A DNA stretch of 61,547 nt, filler included, from Sphacelaria rigidula (Eukaryota), in assembly GCA_964200075.2 (NCBI GenBank). It is 9 parts of 9 records of this genome, joined end to end, with 100 filler letters (N's around TTAATTAATTAA, not from the genome) between each part and the next. Parts side by side here need not be neighbours in the genome. Positions count along the whole stretch, not along the records: positions 6,851 to 13,600 come from CAXNAA020018265.1; positions 13,701 to 20,450 come from CAXNAA020018266.1; positions 20,551 to 27,300 come from CAXNAA020018267.1; 6 more parts are not named here. The stretch is one strand, 5' to 3'. The translations under genes were made by a program, and so were the position numbers. The notes beneath the pieces are model-generated. The model was not told the origin of the DNA. It did no database searches and saw nothing but the letters and a program-made list of their open reading frames with translations. Positions 12,447 through 24,775 of the stretch are shown piece after piece (the stretch's first letter is position 1; each line of letters begins with the position of its first letter).

Positions 12447-14895
12447 GTTTGTATTGGCGAGTAAACTGGAACTAACAGTGGATCCCTCGTTCATCGATAC
12501 CTGGCTCGGGGACAGGGAGGCCGTCCTCCCTCAGGTTTTGAGAGCCGTTTGAATTTTGTGGATGAACTTCATGAATATCAAACTCTATAGCTGTCACAGA
12601 CGTTGCGACTTCGGTGCATGCTGTTACCGTGACTACCTCTGAGCAGACGGGAGTACGCGCGGTAGAGCAAGGAAAGGTAGCTATGATCCGCTTTGCCTAC
12701 CGTACTGCCGACAGCGTCGCGTAAAAGCCACAAGACCCTTGCTGTCGGCGGTTGATGGCGTGGGTCTCGAATGCAACTAGGTAGTCACGNNTCGAATGCA
12801 ACGACATGCGGTTGATCGTAGAGCACTCTCGTCTCTCCTCCCAACTTGCAATAACTCATGACCTCCTGACATCGGAATAATTATGAATTATGGGAAGCTA
12901 CTCGTACTACTGTACCGAGCTGTTCACGCGGCCGTGTGCTGCAGGTTGCGGCATGGGCGGACTCCTATGTGCCACGCTAGCAACAGTTAGGTCACCACCA
13001 TAGGTATCTTTTTTCACTCCGCATGTCAAATAGGTTTCTACAAGTGTTTGATCTCTCATACACCCCCCTCAATTGGCGTGTGGCACGCCCTTCCGCTCGG
13101 CCACCCCGTCGGGGGAAGTCGGCGAAAATCAACGATGAATAACACCCCCTAAGTTCAAATTGGATCTATCTGCTATTTCCGCCACCGTCCTTGCTGGCAT
13201 GTGTGTGACAGAGAACAGTAGTAGCGGTGACGGGAAGAGTGCCGTATTTTTTTAACGACAAGGGTTTCAGCGCACAGAGGCACGTCCTGTCCAAAAGGAG
13301 AGGCAGAGAGAAATCGATCTTCGCGTTGACGACAAGCAAGAAGGGACGACGGAATCTCTCCGCACGTCTATGTTCTGGCACATGAAAAATTTTGCACATG
13401 CTGGTAAGATTGATTATGCCAGTCTCTCGAGAGTTTAATAATCGCCGAGCAGGGACACACAAAGGACACAGGCGAGGAGCTTCCTCTCTGTCGTTGGCTC
13501 TCTCTGGTGATATCATCATCGACACGAGTGTACACCGCAGTCGTTAGGTGCACCTAGCTACAGCTGCTCAACTGCTGCGGACATTTTGGTGGGGAGATGG
13601 NNNNNNNNNNNNNNNNNNNNNNNNNNNNNNNNNNNNNNNNNNNNTTAATTAATTAANNNNNNNNNNNNNNNNNNNNNNNNNNNNNNNNNNNNNNNNNNNN
13701 AGCCCAGACACGTGGAATGGCGCAAAAGTTGCGTGTATACCCCTTGGACAAGCGATCAACTTTTTTCTCCTTTTTGGGCAATCGGGCCGAAGAAATCGTG
13801 GATTTGGTGACTCTTAGTCGTGATGATTTGTCCTGACCGTGAAACATTTGTACCAAAGGAGAAGATCTGAGACATCCAAGGTCGCGAGAAATCAATTGCT
13901 GCATAAAGTGTACCGTAATTGAAACAGAGGTTTTTTTGGCCTCTTTTTTTACTTCAGTAGAGCCACACTCCACATCTAATAATCTTTCAACCTGGTTTGA
14001 ATATCAGTGTTATTCCTTCTCCATGAGATGGAGGCGGTGTTTTGGCAGCTTAGACGTGAAGGGAACCCGCACCTCGCGTCAGATGACGCCGAAACTTGGA
14101 CAATGTGCAGATTGGTCACAAATTCCAGTCACAGCTGCAGCAGGGGAAGTCGCTGATGGCCCGGTCTTCACTCATACGGTGGATAATCACAGTGCGTGGG
14201 ACTTTATTTTTTCAACATCCTGCTGTCTGATGACGATTATACTGGGTACAGCGACAGTTGAGCACGCTGCCTGCGACGGATCCTGCCGGCCTGATCATCA
14301 ATTTTCGCCCAGGTATGGATGAACGCTCGAAGAAACTCAGCACACAAGCATCGTTCATGACCTGATACATATATGAGGGTTGGGAATTGAAAGTTTCCGC
14401 TTCAAAACGGTCGACAGTCGGAAGTTAAGCTCCCGTCGCGCGACCGGTGGGTAGTGCCACGGACCCTTGCCGGCGTACCTGGCACTGGGGGCGACATCCC
14501 GGTGCAGACAGTCCCATCACTACCGGGACGGCCGTGCAAACAGGCTAGCAGCTGGGATGGTCGTTGCACTGGTGTTCTTCTAGCGTAATCGATTGACAGT
14601 ACCTCCGCACAGGCTTTGCACGTGAATATTTCGGTGATTGCCGCACTTCTACTTCGGCCGTGTGCTGTCGATTATTTCACGATATCACCGCCGAACGTAT
14701 ATGGAAATGTATATGTATCACACTTTCTAAGATCAGTTTTCAATTATAAGTAATGTACTGTGCACAGTTCTGGGTCTATTATGCTTTTTTGTTTTTGTTG
14801 CTAGCCTGTGACCACGGAAGGCGTCCGCATTTGATGCCCAGTACGAATGTACCGCGCAGATATCCGCAGATATCGGAACGGTTTTTAATGTGAAG

Positions 14896-14936
14896 ACAAC
14901 AACAACAACAACAACAACAACAACAGCAACAACAAC
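14896..14936. repeat. (AAC)n microsatellite
   Basis: Direct inspection. Confidence 0.95.
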
Positions 14937-15798
14937 GGTATAGAAGTTATTGCCTACTGCGATTTGCGCAGTATCACTTCAAGACAGAGTGTAGGAATCT
15001 CCACGGTATGAATTGTTTCAGCCGGCTTGCGCGCCATAGCGGCTGTGTCACCATACAGCTCCGCGCAAGATACAGGTAGGCATTATAGCGGCAGAGGTGG
15101 TCTTTTACTCCTGCGTGCACCACCTGGGAGGGCAAATGCACGCTTAGCTGCAACACCGACCGCTGTACAAGATGTGGCGGAGCGAGGGGTGGAACACCAT
15201 GTACACACAGACAGCAAGCAGTATCATACATACATACTGTAAACAAGTGTGAGTCGAAATCCGTGCGCGCGGGGTGGGGCCGGCATGTGAAGAATCCTGC
15301 ACAACTTCGCCGTGTACTACCGGGATGCGACCTCTTTTCAGTAGCAATCGCTGGCGATGTGTGCTGTGACGGATCTCGTGCGTGATGGTGCGTTTTACAC
15401 CTCCGCACACCGCCCGTGAAGCGAGCTCTTGATGCTGGAAGTACTCACCCCTCTTCCCGTGATGACCTCCATTCTTAGTCTTAGACAATTAAAACTGCGG
15501 AATATGACAGTAGCTACTAGAAGGTGCATTTTCTCCCACACAAATGTCTCCATAATATAGAGAAGGAATAACACTGTTGTTTTTCTATTTTGAAAAATTT
15601 GGGTAATGTAGGATTGAATTATCTCTCTCCGAATACTCTGGGCGTTGTTTTACGTGTCGTGGTTCTCACGAACCAGATTTTTTCCCGTCAGGTGCCTTAA
15701 GCGTACCTTAATTGGGACATTTACCTCTACGGACTTATCGTGAACGTGCACATTGTACGCGGGCCAGGTTAGAAAGTGAGAAATACTGAATAAAGAAC

Positions 15799-17112
15799 GT
15801 TTTCGTGATATTTAGCGCAGAGCCCTGATTAAGAGTGGCTCAGGTATTCCGCTTTAACCCAGCCAAATGTTTTTTCGTGTGTGCTTTTCTTCACCTCTAT
15901 CACTAGCGTGTGCTTACAGCTACACATCGATATCCTACTCAGGGATATCAAGGGCCTCAGTGGTAAGCTATTATACGAGCTGGGCCGGCCATAAACCCAG
16001 CATTCTCTGTCGTCACTACAACTCTTCAAGTTTCTCAAATCAGCACGACCTGAGCATATCGCTGTGAACTGTAGACTAACCTGGTAACATAAGGCACCGC
16101 CGCTGCTCGATTAGTGCACTTTTGGCGATGATGTTTTTGTACTGCATTGAGTACCGAGTACGTCCCAATTCTTCGTGCGATAGCGTGTCTGGAGACTTGC
16201 GTTTCACAAAATGAGTAAATTCCGCCGCACAGTCACGCGAACACCCAATATGTGCAGGCGAAAAAGCAGTCGAGGAGTTCTGCAACCTCTACAACACAAC
16301 TCAATGTCGCTGTCTAACAGCAGAAAACCTGCGCGACCATTCCCGAAAGGCAAGCTCAACAGAGCGATGAAAGCTGCTGTTGTGTTGAAACGATTGTACA
16401 GTCAGTGTTCTCCCGAAATCACAGGAGGCATGTTTGCCGAGCGAAATCGCCCCTGTCTCCGCCCCGTTTCATGCTCCTACAGAAGACGTGGCCACACTTT
16501 GCGATAAGAGGTTGTTGGTCGTGCTTGACACGAGAACTGGTCGGAGCAAAAGCGCCGTGCAGCTCCTACAGCGCGTGCACGGCTGTATCGTAGGACGCGG
16601 GTACCGCAACTGATGATACGGGCATGGCATCGTGCATGTGGTCATGCCAGTTTGAAAAAACAAAAACAAAAGTGGTCACGACGGGATTTGAACTCATGAC
16701 CTATGTAATTTGAAGCAGTGTATCAGTTTCACCACCGGGGTTACACAAAAAGTGCGACGCGAACCCCAATTTTATGTATTTTTGGCTGAAACTTGACAAG
16801 GATGTGGTTGACGCGAGTGCTCGAATGTACGCGAGCGTTGTCATCGTTTTAAACATTTTTTTGAGGAAGTTGTAGCATTTTCCCGTTTCTGCTGCTTCAA
16901 CTCGCTCTAACTTCTCGTTTTTTTCTTCTTCTGCACCACTCGTAGTGTTGTGCGGATTGATGATAAAAATGTTGTATCAAAACTTCAGCGTCTAACTCTT
17001 CGATTTGCCAAACGCATCTCCACTCTTCGTTTGAAAATCACTGATGGCCGGCCCAGCTCGTAGAAAGCGTATCAGGCCTCGTTAAGGGGCAGTCGGAACT
17101 TAAACTATTTAA
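15799..17112. mobile_element. MITE family A copy split by a nested insertion
   Basis: 15799-15975 aligns with 4589-4765, and the alignment resumes at 17063 (GAAAGCGTATCAGGCCTC vs CAAAAGCATATCGGGCCTC). Confidence 0.75.
15976..17060. mobile_element. Non-autonomous Tc1/mariner-type element, TA-flanked
   Basis: Perfect 17-bp TIR CGAGCTGGGCCGGCCAT...ATGGCCGGCCCAGCTCG with TA on both sides. A similar end occurs at 54628. Confidence 0.85.
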
Positions 17113-17118
17113 TTCACA

Positions 17119-17397
17119 AGAGAGTTTCGGAAAACGCATTTTTGTCATTTCAGAGTACAAATATCTCAGGATCAGAGTGCAGAATAAAAAAAAGCACCTC
17201 AGAAAAAAAAGGGAAACGCTTTCTTGTCATTCACAGTGCAAATATCTCAGGATCAGAGTGTAACGAAAAATTATTTTCCCTCCATCAAATGTGGTATCCC
17301 TTTCATTTTTTTCGATGAGGTGATTTTTTTATTCTGCACTCTGATCCCAAAATATTTGTACTCTGAAATGACAAAAAAGCGTTTCCCGAAACTCTCT
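17119..17397. mobile_element. Foldback MITE
   Basis: AGAGAGTTTCGGAAAACGC...TTGTCATTTCAGAGTACAAATAT...GATCAGAGTGCAGAATAAAAAAA is inverted at 17320-17397. An internal direct copy lies at 17211-17260. Confidence 0.8.
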
Positions 17398-18899
17398 GAT
17401 AATACTGTTTATATATATACATATATATTACTTCATTCGGATGCGCCGACGGTGCACGTCTTCGGGAACAATATGCATCCCCACCGTGGAGCACTCGGAT
17501 TAAGATATACGTACCTCATGTTACCTGTGCCCGGGTTGCCACAGCCGGACTTGTGAACATGCATTGTACCCGGGCCATACAGATCAACAGGTGAGGGAGC
17601 TGAATACTGTTTTCTTGAATGCTTGATCCGGATCTTCCATACTTGGTCCGAATCTTACAGGTGCGAAAAAGGGTTCCTTGTTGTTTACTAGATTCGGATT
17701 CCAGAGGTAAGGGGTAGCTTTTGGTGTACATGAGATTCACATCGCGAGTGATGAAAATGACAACTACGTGATGTTGTACAGATGACACAGGTCTGCAGAT
17801 CAGTTGTACACGAAAGTGTGTGCGTGAAGCAGTTCATATATCTCGTCGCTCGGCAAATTTGTGCGGGTGAATCAAGTGGGTCCTACGGATCAGCATCGGA
17901 CGAACGTGCACGGGCGACAGCTCACTTCGGACGGATCATGATCTATGCCCCAAATGAGCAGACCGGGACATGTCACGAGCTGATTCCTCCGACGTGTGGA
18001 AAACAGTACAGTGCTATACTTGGTTTGAGGCTAGACGATCACATTCGGATCTTTAGGAGATGACCGTCAGACGTGCCCGCCAGCGGTCCTGAGAGTTCTC
18101 GGTACGCCTTGTTTGGGGTCGGGCTTGGAATCAGCATCATGAAAATCAACGACAACGTAGGTTACACTATGGAACTATTCAACCAGTCAGCAAAAATGCA
18201 CCCCGTTTCAAGCGGTAGTTCATTCTGAACAGCACCATCTGTGGTACTACTGCTGTACTCGTACCATGTACAAAGAAGAATAATGAGTGTACTACTGTTG
18301 TCTGTACTGTACTGTTGTACAGGCTGCGCTGACATCTCTGTAGCACACACCGCCTGCTGACCTAAAACTCTCAATATGTCGTCTGTACTTTAGCGTGTAC
18401 TTCATGTACAAGAGATAGAGATAGGGTGCCATAACCGGCCGGTACGGACTGATCGCGTAACGCTTCGCCCTTCAGTGCAGTATGTGGTGTATTCGGTTGT
18501 TTCTAGAGCTTTACCTCCGTGATCAATGCTCTCTATGGTGCAACAATTTGAGCTCGAATCACGTTCATAACCTCCACTACCGCGAACTTGCCGCAGCTCT
18601 TGAACAACGCCGTCGGCACACACCTGAGTCCCAGACCTCCTCATACCTCCTGGGCCGCCATGATGAGCGTGACCATACTGGGATTCAGGTCGTCCCTGAG
18701 AACTCATGTCACAGCGGCTCTGAGCCCCCGGAAGCAAACGCCGACTGCTGCTGCTGTTGGCGCAGCTTCTCCTATGGGTCTCGCTTTACTGCCCTCGCCG
18801 CCCTCCCCCCACCGCCTTCTGCCCTTCGCAGCCACCCCAGGCACTCTTGGTTGCAGCGGCAACAACAGGAGTCATGTATGGGACCAGCATGCGGCTTAA

Positions 18900-18990
18900 C
18901 CCGAGGGTAGGGTAGGTCACCTGCTGAATCGGCATCAATATTCACTTGAAAAAAGATTGTGTGATCTAGATTGACTACCCGCACCGCGGT
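18900..18990. mobile_element. ~100-bp piggyBac-like MITE copy (degenerate)
   Basis: TTAA-CCC start and core TGAATCGGCATCAATATTCACTTG...GATCTAGATTGACTACCC. Confidence 0.65.
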
Positions 18991-19823
18991 GTAATTTAAT
19001 TCGACTTTGTCATTTCTTATAAACACTCCCCTGTTCGCGACACCAAAAAATTGAGGATGAGATGATGATAATAATTATGACGATATAGCGGTTTATAACT
19101 CCATTATCAGAAGAAATCGCCCGCCTTCCTATCCAAGCCAAGTATAAATGATGAAAATACGGTGGCCGCAACAACAGGCGAAGAGAGGAGGGATTCGCAG
19201 GAAGGCGACAATAACATGCACGGTGCATGGTCATTATGTCATGGTCGAAGCGCGGACCGTCCCCTGCACCAGGGGAAGAAGAAGCAGCAGCAAGCAGCAG
19301 TGGTATCAGCACAGCATTTTCACCGCCACCAGCTGTGTGCGATTGGAGCTGAATAAGTCGGTGCCGATATAGTTGCTACTGCTGCTCTTCCTCATGCGAG
19401 AGACGGTCCGCGTTTTGACTGTGTGTGCGACTGGGCACCTTGTGAGTAATTGCCACCTGCCGGGAATCCCTGGTCCGTACTTCCCGCTGATGAGTCCATG
19501 CTTGCTGCCTTAGCAAAGCGCTGGGAGGTAGAGATATGCGCGTCCATCTTTTGGAGTTGTGCACGTCGGGTTTGTGCTCCACGCATGGCTACTACTGATC
19601 ATGGGATAGCCACCTGCTGCGGTGAAGGGTTTCAAGAACACTGTCTGGGGGTAAATGAATCACATACGAGCCGGGCCAGCTGACAGTGATTAATGTTCCC
19701 GGAGCACGGCTGTGGTGTCCGCAATTCGATCCCAACCCCAAAATTATGCAGACTGAAACACGGCATGCACCAATAACTTTTCAGGCACTCTCCAGCGCAC
19801 ACGTGATCATCATAGAGTGTTGA

Positions 19824-19920
19824 CCCTTGGGCCGCGAGATTAGTCTTTCTGGATCATGCATACTTTTTTCACTTAAAATTGATGCCGATTCAACAGAAGG
19901 CTAACCTCGCGGTCCAAGGG
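19824..19920. mobile_element. ~100-bp piggyBac-like MITE copy
   Basis: CCCTTGGGCCGCGAG...CTCGCGGTCCAAGGG ends and reversed core ATTGATGCCGATTCA. Confidence 0.75.
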
Positions 19921-22900
19921 TTGGGATGCACAACAGCACAGCGACAACTATATACAGCAGCATAGAAGTGATGGGTCTGGGAAGTGCCTTGTCCTTTTGA
20001 ATCGAGATGAAACAGCCAACATAACACGAAGGTTTCAGCAGTGTGCAGAGGGCACTTCGTGCCGAAATTATTTTTCACAGAGACGAACGTAATTCAGTGT
20101 TGCCAAGGTGTTGCGCCGAAAGAACAAAAAAATCATGGCTCGAAACAGAATCAGAAATGTTTTCGCCCCGATACACACGCACCCACAACGCAACCCCAGA
20201 TTCAGCGACATGAGGTTGTTTCCTATGGTCTACATGACGTACGGGCGAAGCTTCAGCGCGTAAGAGTGCTGACAGGGTGTGTACGGTCGCGCCTCTTGAA
20301 TTAAGCACCTCTACAGACAGTGGGAGAATTTGTACCGCACAGAATGTCATTATCCATGAGTCACCCTACGATAGGTCGGGGGGGGGCGTACTCATTTGTT
20401 GCTTGCCTTAGTCATTTGACCATTGATAGGTGGGGGGGGGGGGGGGTATTNNNNNNNNNNNNNNNNNNNNNNNNNNNNNNNNNNNNNNNNNNNNTTAATT
20501 AATTAANNNNNNNNNNNNNNNNNNNNNNNNNNNNNNNNNNNNNNNNNNNNTGAGCTGCATCCTGGTAAGATTGTTCGGCCCAAAGCCTACTGATTATCTT
20601 GCATTTGGATGACAGCCAACAATGAGTTGCTTTATTCTGTGGTATCACCACTTCCAGGGAGGGGGGGTCGCTTCTTGTTCCAAAATTTTCTTTTGACAGT
20701 CCCTTGGTGGGTGACATAACGATCAACTGACTCCTTTCGCCTCTACTTGGAATTGAAGTCAGGAGTTGACTCCTGAGCCTATAGCCGCCGTCATCGTATC
20801 TGGTTGGTTGCATGGATCGTGCGGGATTGACTTCGACCATGGAATGGCTGTTACATGAGCTTGCAGCATGGGCCACAAAGTAGCGGGGTTGCGACGGCAT
20901 GTGCAACCCGGTGGTCTACACTTGCATACATCGCAACATACACGATTATAGCCATGGTCCTGTGCTCTGTACTGGTGTACAGTAGTATTTCAGGCCTGAA
21001 CGTGACACATGATTCAGTAAGCCACGGCGCTTGGTGGACTTGGATACATCATGCACAAGCAGAACGTGTGAAGAAATTGGGCTCATTGTAGCATCACGGG
21101 TAAAATCAGATGTAAGGGAATCATTCGTATTGTGCTTGGTGTGTTTGTTGGTAGCTGGGGACATGGGGGGTTGCGGGAACTAACCCAATGCTGGGGCAAT
21201 CGACTCCTTTCATTGTACTATTGTAGTACCCCATCTGTTGGAGATTGCATGAGCTTACCTTGGTGCCCTTGAGAATACGCTACTGCTGGATTCGACAGAG
21301 AGAAAGCATCGGCCATCCAGTTGCTGCTGTGAGCCAATAAATTCGCCATCCCAGCCAAAGCCAGTACGGCAGCTCTAGACATCCTCCCCATCACTTCCGC
21401 TATCTTGAGGCAGTAACAGCAGCTGTAGAGGACGGTTCTCCGAGGTCTCCTGCCTTACGGTGGTGGGTGGTTTCTCTCGACCGATGTGCTTGCAACTATA
21501 TTCAGACCCGCGGTGAAAGGAATATACACCGCAAAAATCTATCATAAGACTGAGGAATGAAGAATATTTGTTCTGCTGCAAGATACTTCCGGCTACATCA
21601 GCTACACGCACATATATCCCTGCCTCATGCTCAGGGGTCCTCTACTACCACTGTAACTTGGAAAAAAATTCAGTAAGCTGGGGAAATGATAATTGTACCA
21701 TAGCTGGTTCATGACATTTTGATTTATCTTGCATGTAATTAGGTGCAACAATTACAAATGCGATTGGTTGGGCTTTCACATGTGCAAACCAGAAGCGTCA
21801 CAACAGTACAGTAGTGCGCGCACGGCGAACGAAGGATCCGACAACGTGTACCACCTATCGATATATATTTGGGGAGTGTGCTTATCGCACGCCCTGTTCT
21901 TCCATGTCCACGCCAGCTCAGGTGCGGTAAAGCTGTCGACCAAAATCTTTCATGGCATGATGATTCGATGATTCTCACTAATGTAGTATCGTTTATAATA
22001 GCGATGAAATACTTGAATCCGTTACAGGGTATACGCACGGTTACTTCATTGCGGAAGATTGAAGATTGCCAAGGGTCGGACGAATCGTCGCTGGTTCGAA
22101 TAACCAGATCTACGATTCCTGAGGCCTGAGTCCTGATTGCTGATCGCTCAAAGGAGGGAAACACGTGGACCGCGGGTCAAGAAAGTCTCTACGCAATGCC
22201 CTCTTCCACGTCCCTGGGGTGCGCCTACCTGGGTGCAACGCTGAAAACGAAACCAAAGGAGGATTGATTCTTACCGTACGAGTCAATGACACAATCAGCA
22301 TGTAGACATATCAAAGAATCGTCATTCGTCCGAGCCTCAGCGCAATCGAAAAGTCGTCCTCGATGACGATGGATAACACCTCCATTCCCACCCTCTCCGC
22401 CACAATATACTTTGTTCTGGAGTCGAGCGTCCATTTCCTCCAAAAGCAAGGCCATCTATTCCCGAAAGGTGTCGCTGGTTGTTAGTCTTCAATGGTATAA
22501 CAAGCTTCGGCGGCGTCGCCGCAGCAATGTCGGAGAAAATGACGACCGAAAGCGCTGCGTCTTGTGCAGGAAAACATAGCCCACACGACACGGATATGGC
22601 ATCACATGTTTTGTTCGACATGTGTCGAACGCAAAAACCTCCTCGTTCTGGAATTTGATTGGTCGGGCCCATGGAGCGGTCACAAGCGTTTGCATGTGTG
22701 GTAGGTCTTTGCCCCGTACGCTCTTTTGGGCCAAAAACCATCATGCATGATTTTGTCCCAACATAGAGTAACTAGCATGGCGTAATGTGTGTCGAACAGT
22801 ACCCTTATCATCTTTTGGATAACATCGGGTACACGAGACACCAAAATCCACTGTTCACTAAGTACTACTAGTTTTTCTTCTTAGTTCTTGGCGTGATAAA

Positions 22901-24069
22901 GTATCAATTATCGATACGTATTACGCAGCACAGTGTACAGACAGTATGCTGGGAACGCCAACGGGACCTTTTCATGGCTGAAAGAAGGAAGAGTCGGGGC
23001 GAACGACACGAAGAGGTCCACTTACAGTGAGCAGTGAGCGTTCCAAGGGTCGGACGAATCATCGCTGCTTAAGATCACCGAATCTACGATTTCTTTGGCC
23101 AAAGTTCTCGACAGAGAACAAAAGCTTGACCCCGGGTCAAAACATGAGGAAGCCCAAGGATTGATTCGTACTGTATGCATTAATTTGACTACCGTAAAAG
23201 CAACCGATGTTGTGATTTTCAGACGGATCATTATTCGTCCGACATTTCGAATATTCTGCCGACGATAAACAGGGTATATTCGCTAAATATTCAACATTCG
23301 TCCGTCCTCCAGTCTAGGGATGGGATAATGGTAGCCGAGGAAATTGGCTCCCGTTCGGAGACCGCAACATTGCTACACACTATACTGACTGTCTCTCTCT
23401 CACTGCAGTGGTTGCTGTGCTTTTGCTGGTTTGCTGGCTTCCGCAGTGTTTGGCCGTTTCTGAAAATGACTGATGTAGTGGGGGTGCGGACAGGTTGTCC
23501 GTAGGCTTGCCCTTAAGCCCTAAGTTAATGTCCTTGCCATCTTGGCGATTGGTTATGCACCGACTCGACCCACGAATTTCTCTGAAACCTCCCCATTTCT
23601 TCTTCTCTCGAGAATTTGGGATCATCGAGAAGGGCAAAAAGTTTCAGAGAAAGCCGAGAAACGACAAAGACCAAACTGACTCCACCCTGTCTGCGTACCC
23701 GGCGCAGTTGGGAACACAAACTATGCCGCTGACCTGTGACATTTGTCCTTGGTTGCCGTCCCCGCCCGCCCCCTGCGGGGCTAGTCAACACTTCCCCCAT
23801 CAGGCAGTCCAATTCACTGCTTCCTCTCGTCTCTGTCGGGTTTACTACGAAGACTCTCTCGCGATACTCACAGGCTCTGGCTTGGGATAAAAAATCTGCT
23901 CAACTAGCTAGCTGCAAAGTAGCTTCGTTGCGCGTGACTACCTACTCTCCACCCTTCCCCGCACTGATTCTGCATCAGCGGCGATTGCGCACCTGAGCCT
24001 GGATGAAGGTAAAGTAAGTCCAGCAGGAGTTCTAACGTGCCTGAACTATGTTGGTAGCCAGCTTCTCTT

Positions 24070-24200
24070 CCCCCCCCCCCACCCCCCTCGCTATCCTTTC
24101 CCTGGTTCGGCGAGAACCCGGCGTGCGCCGTCCCGGCTTGGCGAGGATGCGAGATCAATGGTTCTATGACTATAACATGCAAGATTATGAGTACACCCCC
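24070..24200 (+). mobile_element. Short 5'-truncated insertion ending ...ATGAGTACACCCCC, inside the recombinase
   Basis: Flanked by GCTTCTCTT / GCTACTCTT (probable TSD). Related to 30260-30340 (-), 30745-30990 (-) and 54825-54910 (+). Confidence 0.65.
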
Positions 24201-24431
24201 GCTACTCTTTTCTGGGAGACCACTGCCCTCGGGTTTTTGGATAGGCCTTGAGGGCCCTGAATGTGCCTTCGACGGTATCTGCTAGTTTCCTATCGTCCCG
24301 CTGAAGCCCTGAAGCGGGATGGAATTCTGAAGCCTTGAAGGGAGTCAGGTTGCCTCTTAACAGGAAAAAATAGGAGTGCACTAGTCCATCGTCGTACGCC
24401 CAGATCTCTGATGCTCTGCACAGCAGGAAGT

Positions 24432-24775
24432 GTGTGTGTTGTCGTCCCATCTATTCTGGACGCCGGTCAATACCTTTCGGTATATGTGGGCGCATCAGCC
24501 GGGGTCACACAGGAGGAAGGTTAACACAGGAGCTTTTTTTATTTTTCTATTTGTTCTTAGTACCCCACCTTCCTCCTGCGGTGCTTGCCTTTTTTTTATC
24601 GCGAGAGGGGTTCAGCAGTCCCTTTCCCTCGTCGACCCTCAAGTCGAATTTTGTGTCCCCACGACATAGTCGCTCTCCAATGTTGGGCATGGTGTGAGAA
24701 AAAATCACAGATCGCTCCGAAAATTGAACCCACGACTCAACCGTCAGAGGGTTTCGAGGTTACCCACTGAGCCAA
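24432..24775 (-). mobile_element. tRNA-derived SINE with (CA)n tail
   Basis: Homologous to 31753-32112. An 8-bp TSD CAGGAAGT lies at 24424-24431 and 24776-24783, and removing the element restores SYFLLCRASE. Confidence 0.88.

Noticed and set aside
18588..18899. Host exon on the minus strand (VLRDDLNPSMVTLIMAAQEV)
   Set aside because: In-frame stops and no recognisable family.
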